Under the pieces are notes generated by a model that ran no database searches, was not told where the DNA came from, and saw only the letters and a list, made by a program, of their open reading frames with translations. Shown piece after piece: positions 25,200 through 38,891 of a stretch of DNA of 42,884 bases. This DNA is from Phoronis australis (Eukaryota; Animalia; Phoronida), in assembly GCA_002633005.1 (NCBI GenBank), contig NMRA01001176.1:1-42884 (forward strand). Direction: 5' to 3'. Position numbers and translations under genes: made by a program. Numbering within the stretch: the stretch's first letter is position 1; every line of letters starts with the position of its first letter.

Positions 25200-26010
25200 G
25201 GTAAAGACTTGTATCGCAGCGAAGTATGAAAGTGCTATGTAAGAAGTTTATCATCAAAACAACTCGATGAACACGAAACATCACTGCTCAAAAGAAGCCC
25301 GAATTCTGCTTCACCCCTGCTAGAGACTCGGATTTACCAATGACCGGTCATCGTGTGAACCCGATTGTCGCTGGCGACAATGACAGGACATTAGAGAGAC
25401 ACAGGATTCGTTACTCTCTGGAAAGGTGCAGATACCCAAGTTGGGTCTTCAGCAAGGCTACCAGTAGAACATCCAGACTGAAACTTAAGAACATTGACCA
25501 GGTCAACCATTAGTGAGGATATCTATTCCCTATATGTAGAAGACTTTCTGAACAATTATGATCTGTGTTAAGGACATTTGATATCACGACGTATTTCAAA
25601 CCTGTTGGCACTTTGAGACAAAGGCGTGCACGGACAAATAACACAAGGAAAAGACAGTTAATGTGGTCTATGGGATACAGTTTGGAGAGTTCCCAGAAAG
25701 ATATACAGGTGAAACTAAGCAGTCCTTTAAAGCACGATTGTCCTGACATCGTCAGCGGTGACACTGCCGTATTTCCCCACTGTCAGGTATCTGGTAACAG
25801 CTTTGACTTTGACGATGTACTTATGCTTGACAAGGAGAAAACGGGAACTCAAGTAGTGTATACACGAACGGAAGAGGAGGCTTGAAAGTCTACCTATCAC
25901 ATACCTGTTACAGGAATCTGACTAAAGTTTCCAGTCGAATTTCTCAAATACGACCGAATCCACCAGATGTTGCAGAGGTTTAAAAAAACCAGCAGGCGCT
26001 GGCAAAACGT
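25200..26010 (+). mobile_element. Decayed Penelope-like retroelement 3' part (GIY-YIG endonuclease)
   Basis: Across frameshifts: SEQL.SVLRTFDITTYFKPVGTLRQ, NVVYGI...ERYTGETKQSFKARL, TAVFPHCQVSGNSFDFDDVLMLDKE. Confidence 0.75.
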
Positions 26011-27181
26011 TGTCCTTTCATATCAATCAAGTTCTGTAACGACCCATCATTTACTGCATAATTCCTTGCACACTTCCAAAATACCATATTCTCGAAACTA
26101 GGTCAAACGAGACCAACATTTCATAGTGATACACACATTGCCAGGGAGCCTCATTGGTGACTCACTGAATGAAAGAACTTTGACTGGAGTCGTGACTTCT
26201 ATGTAACCTTTGACTTGGATAAGTAGTAAACAAATATACACGCGGTTGAGGTGTGTATGAGGGAACGAGATTCTCTACCATAAACAGGCAAGATCTCGAT
26301 TTAAAGATAAAAATAGTAAAAAAATGAAAAAATAAATAAAACTAATCTCCTACATGTACATGTACAGATCCTTAACATTTGATTTCACCACGCTGTCGTT
26401 AATCAAACAAGAACAAAATTATTAATACTTAACTCTAATCCCACCGAAAATTCGTAAGTACATTCAGTTTTACTATGTTAAAACAGCCGAGAGAAAGCCA
26501 TAAAATGGTAATTACCGACTAAGCTAGCCGTCCAGTTTGCCGACCCAAGCAACGACTGCAAAGGCGACTCGTGCAGCTGACGACTCCTTGCAGACCGTTG
26601 CTGATCGGCTTCTGGTTGGCTAGACGACACGTCGGACAAAATTCGTGACGTGTGCTCTAGGACGTCTGTGGGTGGAGGAGTTTGCTGACCAATTACATGT
26701 ACTTACACAAAGTGAAACATTTTTAGAAATTCCCACGATATATTTTAGCAACGTATATGATACAGGTACATGTACCTTCGCACGCCTGCTCTTCAGAGCT
26801 ATTACATCTCGACGGAATCCCTGCAGCGGTTGCTGCTGTTGGCTGTGTATCTGAAAAAATTCATGGCACGCTTTTATAATCACTAAGCGTGACAGCACGC
26901 CACATGTCCAGTCAACAACTCCTTGTTTTATTTGAAAAAAGTATAAAAGCTTGTGTTCCTGCCTACAGTATAAAGTGGGTATCCATTTAGGAGCAAAGGT
27001 GAATGTGTACGAAAATTGGAATTCGCTTGGTAAAATATTTGGTGGAGATCCGTGTAAAACAAGATTAGTGCCTTCCCGGAGGAATGAAATTGTCTCGTGA
27101 TCTGTTAATCGAGTAATCGATAATTTAACTGCGTCAACTTTGACGCGACCCCGTTTTCACCCCATTGGTTCACTATTTTTA

Positions 27182-28048
27182 GGATTGGTCTAAAACACCT
27201 CGACCCCCAAACCCCTCGACCCACAAACCCCCACGATCCACGACCCACAGCCCCCTCGACCCACGACCTGTGGCAATAGATGTATCTTTGCGCTTTCCAC
27301 ACATTTCATAATTATATTGCGTCGCTAAACGACCTTCCAATAAGACATACCTACATGCGAGTCTGCTCTGGCTCAAGTCTGGTGGTTAAAAACAGAAAGT
27401 GGCGTGAGAACGCTGATCCAAAATAGCGAATTGTGAGCGCGCTATCCTTGTCAAAAAAGGTCCACGAGCGGATAACAATGGCCCAGATCTACTTAGCTTA
27501 GGGAGAGAGTGCGTTAGCGTGAATGTACAAAATTTCACATTTATATTATTAGCGTTCTGTTACATACATGTACTCGTTTACAATATAATCCTTAATCACG
27601 TTGACATACATTTTTAGTTAATACTTTTGTTTCAAACTGTGATAACTGAAGAAATTACATATTCATCTGTTCTTCGCACTCGCCCTCCCCCGAAAAAGTT
27701 GGAACCTGCCATTCACTGAAGAGCAGACAAAACGATTACACCCTATCGGGAACGTCATTTAACTTGTAACGTTGGTCTTTGATTTGATTTGGGCGCGTTG
27801 TTTGTTCTGCTTTTGGATTACAAACTTGCCGAACCGACTCTCTTAATTGCAAACGAAAACGGGAAAAGCCAGCCGAGCTAGCGGCCCGACTCGTTGGTCC
27901 TGTAAGTCAATGCTTGTTCTATCCTCAGATTGAGTAGAGCTTGTATAGGCTGGTTCAGGGGGTTGTTGATCGTGGGTCGAGGGGATCTTGTGTCGAGGGG
28001 GTCGTGGATAGAGGGGGTGTGGGGGTCGAGGGTTTTTTAGAAAAATCC
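27182..28048. mobile_element. Mutator-like non-autonomous element
   Basis: TIRs GGATTGGTCTAAAACACCTCGACCCCC / GGGGGTCGAGGGTTTTTTAGAAAAATCC, subterminal CTCGACCCAC repeats, 9-bp flanks CTATTTTTA / CTATTTTTT. Confidence 0.7.
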
Positions 28049-29086
28049 CTATTTTTTATTCGCGTACTTATGCAGTAACGGCAGTCTTGTTGAAATCGTT
28101 GTCACGGATTTTCTTCAAATTGGCTGGTTTCAGTGTATTTATCTCGAACACAAATTCTCAAAGTCTTTTATAAATATCCAAAACGGTGTCTTTTCTGTAG
28201 CCTTCGAAAGGTAAAAAAACAATGAAGGTTTGTTTTCCTTCTTGAAGATTAGTTAATAGTTATTTAAGGACAAAATCAAGTTGGGCATCATTGATCCCGA
28301 GACCTACCGCCCGTCGACGTCTTTGTCAGGTTACCTGTTAGGCAAATTGTATTATACTCCTCTAGCAGACACGAAGGAGTTTGACGGGCCGATGAACAAT
28401 ACCTTCGACGTTCTAAGAACACGACACGAGAGGAAAACGATAATTGAAATGTCACTCCCGGCGATTGAATGTGTGTGGCTGCTGGGGTGGGCATTTTGAG
28501 TAAAATAATATTCAACACTGATTTGTTAGCTGTTTTTATACAATCATAATAAAACTGATAGTTGTCTCCACTCATAACTTGATTAATTCGTTCCTATTTA
28601 GGAACAAAAAGAGGTATTCCTTACACTTTTCCTTCTGGGAGAAATGAGTAAACCTACTTATGAGTAGCCATCCAAAATGAAAATTATAGTTTTCAACACA
28701 GGAATTAATGCTAAAAACAGCAGGAATTCAAATATCGTTTTAAGTTGTTCCCATGAAGTGCATTCTCGCAATAATAATGTTTTCGCATCAGATTCCAACC
28801 AGAGTGCCTGTATTGTTTGTTACTGTATATGTTTAGTTGTATATTGTGCTTTAACATACAATTTCGTTTCAGTAACAATTATTAAACTTCTGACAAGCCA
28901 CACACGTATGACGGTCACACAAATCTTTTGAAACTTATTATCGATCACTATATGTGAATAACATACATGTATGGCGTGTACGGAGGTTAATAATTCCTAC
29001 CAATATGAGACAATTTATAACAACGCAGTTACTGTTTCGTTGTTTCTATAAATGTAGTATTCTTCCTAAATAAAAGATACACTTAC

Positions 29087-29141
29087 CAAGAACATGAAGT
29101 GAGCTGTATAACAAAACTGTTGAAAACAGCACCATACCCAT
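29087..29141 (-). CDS. GPCR signal-peptide exon (MGMVLFSTVLLYSSLHVL)
   Basis: ATG at 29141, donor TTG|GTAAGT in phase 1 matching the phase-1 acceptor at 24414, giving ...SLHVLVFQTCG. The exon has its own acceptor TTTCCAG| before 29179. The joined, frame-corrected CDS is 738 aa. Confidence 0.75.
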
Positions 29142-32097
29142 AGCAGAACGTAGGCACACCAAAGACAAAGCTAATCAACCTGGAAATCACAATTTATTTT
29201 AGGTTATGTCGCTGAGTCAGCGTATTCACTCCTTGGCCCTTGGTCTAATCTACAAACACGAACTCGAAATTCGAGTTGCTCATTTTACTTTTCAGTTCTC
29301 TATCAATACGTTCTCGCAATACATGCATTCAAGCTATGAGTTCGAGTCTGAACGCCGTAGAATCTCGGAATTGTGACTCGAATCCAGAGGCCAGCCAGTG
29401 CATGTACAAACTTACTAATGGAAAGCCCAAACGGAAACATTCTAACTCAATTTTTCTATTCAGGAATTAACTTTAAAGTCAAAAACATCACTTTCACTGT
29501 GCTGGACCAAAAAACGATTCATAAGTAGCTTAATTCCTAAGTGAAGGTGACATTTATTGTTATTGTAGATGGAGTGATCTGTGATTTAAAAAGGGAAGTC
29601 CTAGTGATTTGTTTTATCTCCGATAACTGGAACTCTTGTTTTGAGCATAGTAAAACAAGTGCCTGAAACTTTTCGTTTTGTCATTCCATACTAATGTGCG
29701 CAATTCATAATATACTCAACCAAACAAGCAAATCCACTTATCGTGTCGGCCGAATCCGTCACGAGGAAGGAAATATCGGGAGTTACTCGTTCACTTTCAA
29801 CGATAATGGTAGCTAAAGTGGAAAATGGGAAACTGTTATAAACCAATTCACGTTGATTATTGACTGAGCTTTTTACTTAAATAAAGTAATTCACTAGTCA
29901 GATAGAACGCTAGAAAATATCTATAAATCAAATAAACCAATCTTATATACACTTCTACAATAAACAGGGCGTGTATCTTAAGGATATCTCAAACCTTCTT
30001 CGAAAAAATTGTTCGTTTTTACAATTATATTTAACACATGTCTACAGAAAACCTTATCTTCATTCTCGGAAAACTTCAAATACGAAATATATACCGTGCA
30101 GCGAGAAAAATGACATAGCAGAACCACCTTCAACTACGTGGAAATTCGTTTACCTTTTATCCACGATCAAAGTTACAGAGCTGTGAATGAAATCGAATTA
30201 CCCGCTTACTTTGAGCACATTCACAGTAATTTCATTTACCGAGTTGCCATAAGATTGAGTTAACGAGGAGTACATACATGTATCATGGGAAGATGCAGCG
30301 GAAAACGAAGACGAAGCGACCGTTGATAACGTTATGACAAATGCATGAAGTCGCTGCGCAGCGTCTGGCATCACGAAAACAAGGTGTAAAACAATATTAG
30401 TCCTCACCCAAATTCATTAATTTCACCAATAATTTTATATTTAGCTGTTTCGATCCCGTGCTGACGGTGCGCTTTAAATCACAGGAACCCGATTTCTATT
30501 CGACATTTTGAGGTTGTTTTTTTAAGTCTCCCCGGTGCGTGCTTCGGCACGTGTTGCGCACTACAATGTAGGGCTACTGTTGACCTATTTCAATACATCA
30601 AGAAAGAAGCTCCTCCACTGACGTGTTTTCATTTGATTCATCGTCACCCGACTTAATAAAATTAGTGAGAATTAAGTATCAGTCCACGGATCCACCAAGC
30701 ACAGTAAAGGCAGCAAGCGGCAAGGTGGGAGGTTAACCATTCAGAACCATGTTTAGTCTAATAAATCATATTAGGGATAAGAGAAATTGGGTAAAGTATG
30801 ACATTGCAGTCTTCTGGAGGACAAAATGAGGCAATTTGTTGATGCGTAATGAACCATTTTTGACTATGTTTTCTACTGTAGTTTCTGCTTCAAACTGAAT
30901 GATTTCGGACACCGACACTAAAATACCGGATACCATGGAAACACCGAAAAGGTTTCAGTGGAGATATATTTCATGCTTGTGCAAAAGAGAAAACCGAAAA
31001 CAATAACACGGGCATGTAGAAGACTCCATTCCCTTGAAAGAAATACAAAAAAAAAAAAAAACAGTGTCAGCCCTTCTTGCAGTCGTCGGAAAACGTGTCT
31101 GAATTTCAGTTTTCAGACGGCACATTGGTGTATTTATGTTTAACTAGTTACTATTTGTGCGCCGTTTGAACGCATTAAAGTGACGTAAATGTAAATACAA
31201 CAATTTAAAGAATTGGTTTGCTTGAATATTTTTAATTGTTTTTACGGACACAAAAAGTTCTCACCAACATATAAATAACATTAGATTTGTTAATCCAACT
31301 CATTGGATACCAAACTAAGGCAACAATGCGTTAGTTAAATGATGGCTGATCTGCCTGAATCATCGATACAACCCTCGAGATCTAACACACTTTGTACACA
31401 TCCACTGAACACAGGGGGGGGGGGGCAGGGGGACCCGAGAGGGGGGCTAACCCGACAGAGGTCTGAAAAATGACCAAAGACGTAAAATCAAGGCTCAACG
31501 TCTTGCGATGTATGGGCTACCTCAGGTGGGAATCAACAAACTCCAGACCCGGGTCTGGCCTTGAGGAATAATTTTTAGAGCATGTCATTCGTGCATACAT
31601 ACCTTTATTCAAGCATTGTGATTGCTTAAAACTCGGGTCCTATTGCTTATCAAACCTTTTTTCAAATGTCTGAAAGTATATGATGTGCATTCAGATTGTT
31701 AAAAAACGACAACATAAATGCAGAGAGAAACAGTTGATTAAAATGAATGCCACACCAAAAGTGTTAGCAATATCCTGTCTTTGAAAATTGCATTTGGTTA
31801 AGTTCATTAGTTTTGTTATGCGGGTAGGACAGCAACAGGTACCCGAAACAACAGAACTCTTGTTCAGGGCTGTCGTACGGTGGTCCTCAAATCTTTGCTT
31901 TCGCTTCGGTTCCAGTAAAGGTAAGCGCCACTTAATGGCCAGTATGTTTACCAAAGTGAAACTATGTTCCATTGACATAGACAATAAGTAGTCATCATAA
32001 CTTTTCATAATAACCACCAAATGCGTTCAATGGCTTTACGTGACTTCTGCCCATCATGACCTAGTTTCGAGAGAAGCGAGTAAGTTATGTCCGCAAT

Positions 32098-35000
32098 GGG
32101 GCTATTCGGAAAATCTACAATAACTAGAGGGCGTGCGTGTACTAGTGGTGATAGATTAACAGCCTCGATTTCGCGAGCCCTTTAAATACATGGTGAAATG
32201 GCTTGCAGCCGTGCCAACTGAATCTGAGACTGCGTAAAAAGGGTGCTCTATGAGAGGAAGTAAGCACGACCTCATACAAAGGTAAGGTTTGTGCTTATTT
32301 TAAGGATTATTCCATGATTATTCTACCGATGCCTGTTAACTGAGGTACTCGCCGATGTCGACTTCGCGGCAATCAGTCGCCAGTCTGGTTAATCTTTGTT
32401 TGTTGTGATATGTGATACGATACTTGACGTAACAATCGGAATCTTTTCGTACATCAAAGCATTATTTTTGTTTGGAATAATTTCTAACAGTTTATCAGTG
32501 ACAGTTACATCAATCAATGCTGAATGGTTATCTGTCAACTCGATACAGCTTAATGAGTTAAGATTACAATCCAAGCCCAATGGCAAAGGGTACATGAGTG
32601 ACAAATATCCATTGCATTAGACTATTTGTTTACTCCCTATCATATGTCTTCTGGAAATCTATTACACGTTGAAATGGAAATCTATCACGTCTGTTTTCAC
32701 ATAACATTTGTTTTTTAGGTTTGAGGGCTTATACCGTTCAGAGGAGATATGCATCGCTTCTGCACCGTGCCTGAATGGACAAAATTGGTTTTTAGCATTT
32801 GGCTACAGCTAACCCACAAGATCTTCCCATCCAGTGCAGATCTGTTGCCAAAGCCTACTTTCAATATTGGAGACAAAGCCTTTGAAAAGGACCAGCTATT
32901 TTTAAAGAAAGGTAGGTGAGTCATTTTGTTAATTTACTTATTCAGGTCCTTAACGAGGGATTGGCATAGGGGGTTGGGGTTGTAATATTTGGTACAACTG
33001 AATGTGTGGAAATAACAGGTATACATGTTTGGGGAAAAGAGCATGGTGAGGTAATTCTTAACCTTCATAAAGTCCCTTCAGTTGATTTCATGAAACTGTT
33101 TTGCTTCTTGTATCAATTGTAAACCCATGAAAATATATTACATTTTTTGAATTCACAGTGACTGAATAGTCTTAACTCATGCCTTGAAATGTTGCAAGTC
33201 GTTATAAATTCAAATGACTGCCATTTTTGTGAAAATTGCATTTTTGATGGTGCCTTACGATTTGTAATTACTCTTAAACAACAGAAAGATTATCCATCAT
33301 TTTTAAATGACCCAAGTCTTCATATCTTCTATTAGAAGAAAAATTAAAAATCTGAGAAACAGTTCCCTTAACCTTAGACTAGAAGTATGCTTGACAGATC
33401 CATGAACCTGAAATCTGAGTTTAAAATTGCTGAAAGTATCAAAATTAAAAAGGCTTGAAAATGGGTAACAAAGGTTTGAGGTTGTCTCAAAAACTTGTAT
33501 ATTTTGCAGAAAAATGATGCGTTTAAAGAATTGTTATGGCTAGGAATAAAAATAAAGTCACAGTTTTATGCAATACTTATTATGTACACCCTTGGTTTCT
33601 GAAAATAGTAATTATTTAATTTTATGTGAAACTGTAGAGCAGTCACCATATATTTTTGAAAAACAGGGATAACATTTTTGATCCAATCTGGAGTACTTAA
33701 TTATTCATATTTCAATATTTGTTCCAGGTTCAGTGACATTTTAAGGCCACTTCAAGCTGTATCATAGCCAAGCTTTGTTACTCCGTTCTCTTCCCACAGC
33801 ACTTCCAAACACCAGCAGTGCTGTATGGCACAATGTACAAGTCAGTGGCCCTGGAGAAATGTGAATCGCAGAACTAAGTTACCATAAGACAATGTGCCAG
33901 TGGAATGTCTGTGTATTCAGACGAACTATATCTACTGCTACACAAATAAGCCTTGTTGGTCAGGATGCCCTTCCATAGGCAATGCGTCATGTGTCGACAA
34001 TACCTTATTTCCTTTCCTGGAAGAAACATGAGGGACTGAAGCTGAAGAAGACCAAGTGACACTCTCACTGGTCTAGTTCAGGGTCTGATTTTGGGCTCAA
34101 AACGATTCAAGTGATATGCTGATGTGTTTACCTTCAAGCGTCTAATTGTGGATGTTATTGAGGCTGAATGAGGTTACATGAAAGAAAGCCACGTGTTGAA
34201 ACTGGACCTTTTTTTACAAGCGCTTCTATAGGCCATTGAAACTAGATCCTAGTGAAATGAAAGCCAAAAGCTGAGTGACATTAAATTTTCCTTTCAGAAG
34301 AAAGGCTTTATACTATTGGTAAAAACTTTTCAATTTGGTACACATTATGGGGAAATGACATTCAGTGACTGCATCGATTGTCTTATTGTATGTTTTCAAT
34401 TGTAGCTAGATGGGTAAGAATCTGCTATGCACAAGATTCGAGAATAAACAATTATTAGTGTATTTAAAAACAAATGGCAAACTGAAAAAGCACAGAAAGA
34501 AACAACACTATGACGGAGTCCGTAATCAGGCATATCAGGTGCTGAATTTCTGAATTATGTTCAATTCTCTCAGGTTACTGCTGAAGGATTGCCTTTCACT
34601 TTGTCCAAAGGTAAAATAGATGGTCGGGCGGTTGGTTTCAGTTGTTTTTTCTCACCTGTAACACAATAGTCAGAGAAATATTAGCAAATTTTAAAAGAAA
34701 AGACAAGACAAAACTACTTTTGTAAGGCAGAACATACTTGACATTTCATTTTCATGTTTATGTGTAGTAGAAACTAATAACCTTTGTACCCAAGTCTTAT
34801 TTAATATCTGAATTAAAATATGTGAAACAGGCTAAAAGTGATTTAACAATGTGTATTTTTCATGACACTTAAAATGTGTTTCTGATCTCAACAAATAAAA
34901 TTCATTCTAGGTGTCATTTTTTTCCAATGCAATGAATGTTATTCATGTTAATTCGATAATTGATCAGGTAGTCCTGGGGGTGGGGTCCACGATAAAATAA

Positions 35001-35622
35001 GGAAACTCACTCATCTAGGGAGTTTTATTGAAGACAGCATAGTTTTGAAGAGAAGCTGCTGTGAAAAAGTCACCCTTGACTTCTGTACATCACGTACCAT
35101 ACACCTCTTATTTTGGGAGCACTCCCACCCAGGACAATATGAATATGTGCTGCTAGCCTACCCGGCATCGGGTGAGTTTCCTAAAAGTAACACTTGGTTC
35201 CACTCAATAAACCTGTTATTCAGTTGGTTAACTGGTGGGGATAACATCACCGAACGATGTTTATAGAAACTAATTTCTAAAAACTTACCAAGTAATGTTG
35301 TGTAGTCTCCGAATGGAACTGCATAGTCATAGGCATAGAGCACACACGGAGCTTCAGCATCCACACACTTTTTGTAAGTTAGTTGGCCCTGTTGACAGCA
35401 ATTGTCCACGAATATAGTAAACTTAGGTCTTTTGGGAATTTGTGGCCACCTGTCGAAGACTTGCACCACGGAAATTAGCAGTAATAAGGCTTAGCGCGAC
35501 GACGTATTTTGATAAAAATTCCATCTTTTACCAGTTGTTTACATGCAGACAGCCACGCATGCGCAATTCAATCACCACTAGTACAGCAGCGACACCGTGA
35601 GGAGAATTCTCTGAATAGCCCC
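32098..35622. mobile_element. 3.5-kb TIR DNA transposon with AT TSD (ISL2EU-like termini) and decayed internal coding fragments
   Basis: AT|GGGGCTATTCGGAAAAT ... GAATTCTCTGAATAGCCCC|AT, subterminal GTACTAGTGGTGAT / ATCACCACTAGTAC. The right end has a second copy at 1-364. Confidence 0.7.
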
Positions 35623-37199
35623 ATTAAATTTCTTCGATCGAATATCAAGTTAAATAAAGATTGCAAAGCCGTCAAAATATTGTGACATTAATATTAAGTT
35701 GTGATTTTGCAAAGAATAAACAAACTAGTAAAATCTTACAAAAACAATTAGGCTAAAAAGTTGAACGGAACTCAAAAAAGTGGAACTTTTGTAAGCCTAT
35801 TGTGCAGTTTTGCTCAATCACTCATCGTTGAGATAGAAGATAAAGTCGCACATCAAAATACGCCCTCCCAAAATTGGAATAAAAAAGACAAAAGACAGGA
35901 AATTCGTGATCCATAGGTCTCCCAAATTGGTCCTTATACTTGAGGCGCTGTGGGTTAGCTGATCAGATAACCACGTTGTTTGAAAAAGACGCTTGAAGCT
36001 CCACTAAAGCATTCCAACCTTGTTTAATGAATGCTGAATTTGCAGTCGAATTCAAAGTTCCTGTTTACTTCATAAGATTGCCACGAGGTGGTGTATTTCG
36101 TGGTTGCTTTATTTGTAAGTAAACTAACAAAAATCAAAGTGACTGTCGTTAGGGTTCCACAATGTTTATCGACGATCTTGAAGCTAGGATTTTCATGTCA
36201 TACTGTTGGATGAAAATATTGTATGCTACATGTATGTATACAACGGATTACAGAAACGCATTATTACATAAGTCAGATGTTAGTTTAGAAATCTGTTTTG
36301 TTGAAATGGTTAATTTTTTGTGTTCATCGTAATGGTGGGCTCATGTGGAGTGCAGAATGATGTTGCTCAACTTAAATTGCGAGTCATTTCAGCCGCCATC
36401 TACAGCTGTGTCATTTAAGCTGATGAGAAACTAGGATGGTAATGAACTAGGGAGGGGAGATCTTTTACGGTTGCACTGGGGGTCTTGCTAGAAATTGTTT
36501 AGCAAATACATAGTATACCGTGAAACCCATGGACAGTAACGGTATTTACTCGTAAAATCTGTAACAAACTTTTCAATCGCATAAAATCGGTCAATTGTTT
36601 TGTGTTTCAATGTTTGTGAAGAAAAAAATAATGCGCAGCGGATGCATACACAATAAAATGCTGACACATAGGTAATTTAAATCGGTCTCAATATTTTCTA
36701 CATGTAGTTTGCCATACTTCTGTTTTTCTATTTTAGACATTTGTCCTCCTGTCAAGTACTTAGAAATTCATTTTGTAAATTTTTATAATCAAATCTGAAT
36801 GACTTATTTGTGATGCCTACATTTTAGTTTGGTATTCATACTTTCTAAGCCAAATAGCCACATTAAATTTTATGTTTAATTTTCTCATTACCACAATTTT
36901 AGAAATCGGGAATGGCTTTTTATGCTGAAGAAGTGGCTTCCGCTGAAGTTGAAGACCTGCCGATTATTAGAAAAGGTTGGGTATGGGGGGCCAACCCCCC
37001 TCCCGACCTCCCCCCATTCGGTGCTATGCGCATCTACAATCGTGGTTCAGTTTGCGCAAATGCTTCCAGCCGGACAAAATGTTGGGCCCCCCCTTGTGAT
37101 ATCCTAGATCCGCCACTGTTCTTATATCCTACAATGAGGCAGCAAAGGAAAACGATGATAATCATGCAACGACTTTCCATGGACAGCAGTGNAAAAAAA

Positions 37200-37839
37200 A
37201 AAAAAAAAAAAAAAAACAACGCGACCAAATCAAATCAAAGACCAACCAACCTTACAAATGTTGTTCCCGGTAGAGTGTAATCGTCTCGTCTGCTTTTCAG
37301 TGAATTGCACATTTAACTTTTTACGGAGAGTGCGGGGAACCGACAAAATTGTAATTTCACCAGTAAATACAGTTCGAAAAAACAAACCAAACTGTTAACT
37401 AAAAAGTAATTCAACTTTATATGAAGTATATTGTAAACGAGTTTTACAATATAATGCAAATAATTAAAGTATGAAATTATGTACATTCTCGTTATCGTAC
37501 TGTTTCCCTAAGATTACTATGGAACTGGGTCATTGATAGCCGCTTGTGGAACTATTTCCGTGACTCTGATAGCGCGCCCAATGCGCTATTCAAGACCATC
37601 GGCGTTCTCACGCCACCTTTTGATTTTAATCACCAGACTTCAGCCAGAGCAGAGTCGCGGGTTGGCATGTCTTATAGGAAAGTCACCCAGCCACGTAATA
37701 ATATAATAATAATATGTAAAGAGCGCACAGATACATTGCCACAGGTCGTTGGTCAAGGTTCTCGTGGATCGAGGGGTTGTGGGTCGAGGGAGTCGTGGGT
37801 CGAGGGCTGTGGGGATCGAGGGGGTTTCAGAACATTCCA
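37200..37839 (-). mobile_element. Second, inverted and diverged copy of the 27182-28048 element, truncated near the N at 37192
   Basis: Reverse complement matches about 27190-27810 in blocks, e.g. CTGCTCTGGCT.AAGTCTGGTG, GTGGCGTGAGAACGC, TTGGTCTTTGATTTGATTTGG. Confidence 0.75.
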
Positions 37840-38891
37840 CAGAAAATCTTTTTTCAATATACAAGATACAACAATCATGAAATCAAAATAACCAACGTTT
37901 GTAGAGTTCATGTCTGTAACCCTATTCACTGGAGAGAACATAAGCGACTTTGCACAAAAATAGAGCTATGTATGGCATCTGGGACTATGCTAGTGAAACA
38001 TTCAGGAGTAAAAAACTCGATTGAAAAATGCAATAGATATTCAAGACAGACTGATTATACTGTGCTGGTGCAGCGACCCCACATATTTGAAAAATTCTCA
38101 TTTTAGTACATTTTGCATGGGCGTACCTAGGGGAGGGTGGGGCTCGGGGGCTCGACACAAAATTCCACAAAGGACACAGGAAATCGTAGGCCTGAACCTA
38201 GTGGACCCCGTTTTTCTTTTTTATGTCCTCGTTGATTTTATTTAGTAAAAGGTCCCCATGCCGAAAATTTGAACCACCCTATATTTCAGGCTGTGTGTGC
38301 GCATGATTTGAGGTTTCAAAATGTATAACTCATCAACAGGCAATGAAAGTAACATGTTTTATCAATATTTTGCCAAGTTTCATTGTCATAGCAGCTTGGG
38401 CAGATTTGACATAGCAGTGTATTAAGCATAACCGCAAAATGGCATAACCGAGGGGGTAGTGTAGCAAAACTACTAAATGAGGGTGGTAAATTGGTACATG
38501 TATCTTCTTTTAAGACATCTGTATAACAATATATTGGTATCACTAAACAATGCCAAGTGAATAATAGTTCAATAGTTTTCATTCAACGACAAAACTACAA
38601 AGCTAAAATTGGACATTTTTTCAGCGTGAAAACCTGGTTGCGAAGCCGAAAAATTGTTTCGGCCTATAACTTTGGTGATAGAGCGTACCAATTTTGGGAA
38701 ATCTTTTACTACTGTTTATACATGTAGATCCCATAAGACTACCTATTTGTCAAATTCGGTGGAAATTGGATGATCCCCACCTTGCCGATACATGGCTGGT
38801 GCTTTCGTGGACTAGTACTGAAGTTAATTACGGACTTCCAATCCAGTTGACATAAAGATTGAATGTTAAAATATAGCTAACTAGGTAAATA

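Noticed and set aside
25970-26020. Hammerhead ribozyme at the Penelope end (CCAGC-AGGC-GCTGG stem followed by CAAAAC)
   Set aside because: The core CTGANGA and GAAA boxes are not intact, so it is at best a decayed remnant.
31690-32060. Minus-strand fragment with faint resemblance to galactose-3-O-sulfotransferase C-terminal motifs
   Set aside because: The similarity is too weak to support without a search.
38160-38820. Repeat similar to 5925-6035, ending in CTAG (Helitron-like)
   Set aside because: The similarity is real but short, and the boundaries and terminal hairpin could not be established.
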